From Octopus bimaculoides (lineage: Eukaryota), in contig NC_068999.1 of assembly GCF_001194135.2 (NCBI RefSeq), forward strand, positions 18,407,564 through 18,471,563: a stretch of DNA of 64,000 nucleotides, given 5' to 3'. Positions 63,340-64,000 of the stretch are shown in pieces. How positions within the stretch are numbered: the first letter of the stretch is position 1; the number at the start of each line of letters is the position of its first letter. The position numbers were made by a program, and so were the translations under genes. Under the pieces are notes generated by a model. It did not search any database and was not told the origin of the DNA. It worked only from the letters and a program-made list of their open reading frames with translations.

Positions 63340-63350
63340 AATAATAATAA

Positions 63351-63865
63351 CTTCACCATTCAAACTGACAAAAAGATAGATGCAAATAGGCCAGACATCA
63401 TACTGAAAGACTTCAGACAAAAATCATGCCTCCTCATTGATATGACTGTCCCAATCGATATAAACTTATCAGTCAAGTCCTACTAAAAACTGAGCAAATA
63501 TAAAGATCTTGAAATAGAAATTAGCAACATGTGGAATCTGAAGACGAAAACAAAACCTATTGTCATAGGTGCCCTGGGAATGACAGCGAAACGGGCTGAT
63601 TACTACCTAGCTCAGATACCAGGAAACCCCAAAATGGCTGAAGTTCAAAAGATAGTGCTCATGGGAACTGCCCATATCCTACGTAAGATACTGTCTATGT
63701 GATCTCAAATTTTAAAACATTATCTAGAACAACACTGTACAAATTCAAATATATGGTACGCTAGGCATAACACCAACATGAAGTTGTGACTTGTCTTTTG
63801 AGATCTCCGGGTGAGACTTGGATCCAACTTGTACAAATGCAAAGCAAAAGTTAAACATAAAGTAT
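63351..63865 (+). mobile_element. R4/Dong-type LINE 3' end (RLE domain plus 3' UTR), 5' truncated
   Basis: FTIQTDKKIDANRPDIILKDFRQKSCLLIDMTVPIDINLSVKSY*KLSKYKDLEIEISNMWNLK...IVIGALG...QKIVLMGTAHILRKILSM* (stop 63700-63702). One premature stop and no frameshift. Confidence 0.9.
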
Positions 63866-63886
63866 TAATAATCATAATAATCATAA

Positions 63887-63982
<96 letters not shown>

Positions 63983-64000
63983 TAATAATAATAATGATAA
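63866..64000. repeat. (AAT)n microsatellite running off the window end
   Basis: Direct reading. Confidence 0.97.

Overview
AT-rich, microsatellite-saturated metazoan genomic DNA from a short-read draft assembly, with 15 N-gaps, most of them flanked by simple repeats. The SINE sequences and repeat landscape look like an octopus/coleoid cephalopod genome; this is recalled from memory and is not a database result. No host protein-coding gene, rRNA or intact tRNA could be confidently identified. Almost all listed ORFs are artefacts of microsatellites, N-runs or decayed transposons. The window is a transposon graveyard. It holds one full-length but dead mariner (1073-2328, both TIRs, TA TSD), a Chapaev/CMC-type transposase relic, a Helitron helicase relic, and RTE, CR1/L2-like and Penelope-like LINE fragments. 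It also holds at least four tRNA-derived SINE families (~17 copies) and several MITE/foldback elements. The most coherent system is five R4/Dong-type LINE fragments (four with the restriction-like endonuclease, one RT-thumb) plus three unexplained non-coding modules. All lie against AAT-type triplet arrays, and the LINE fragments are always read on the AAT strand, consistent with several families using (TAA)n microsatellites as a shared landing pad. Also notable are a tRNA-Asn(GTT)-like Pol III unit inside a diverged ~315-bp tandem dimer, a 202-bp near-palindrome and a local ~230-bp repeat family.
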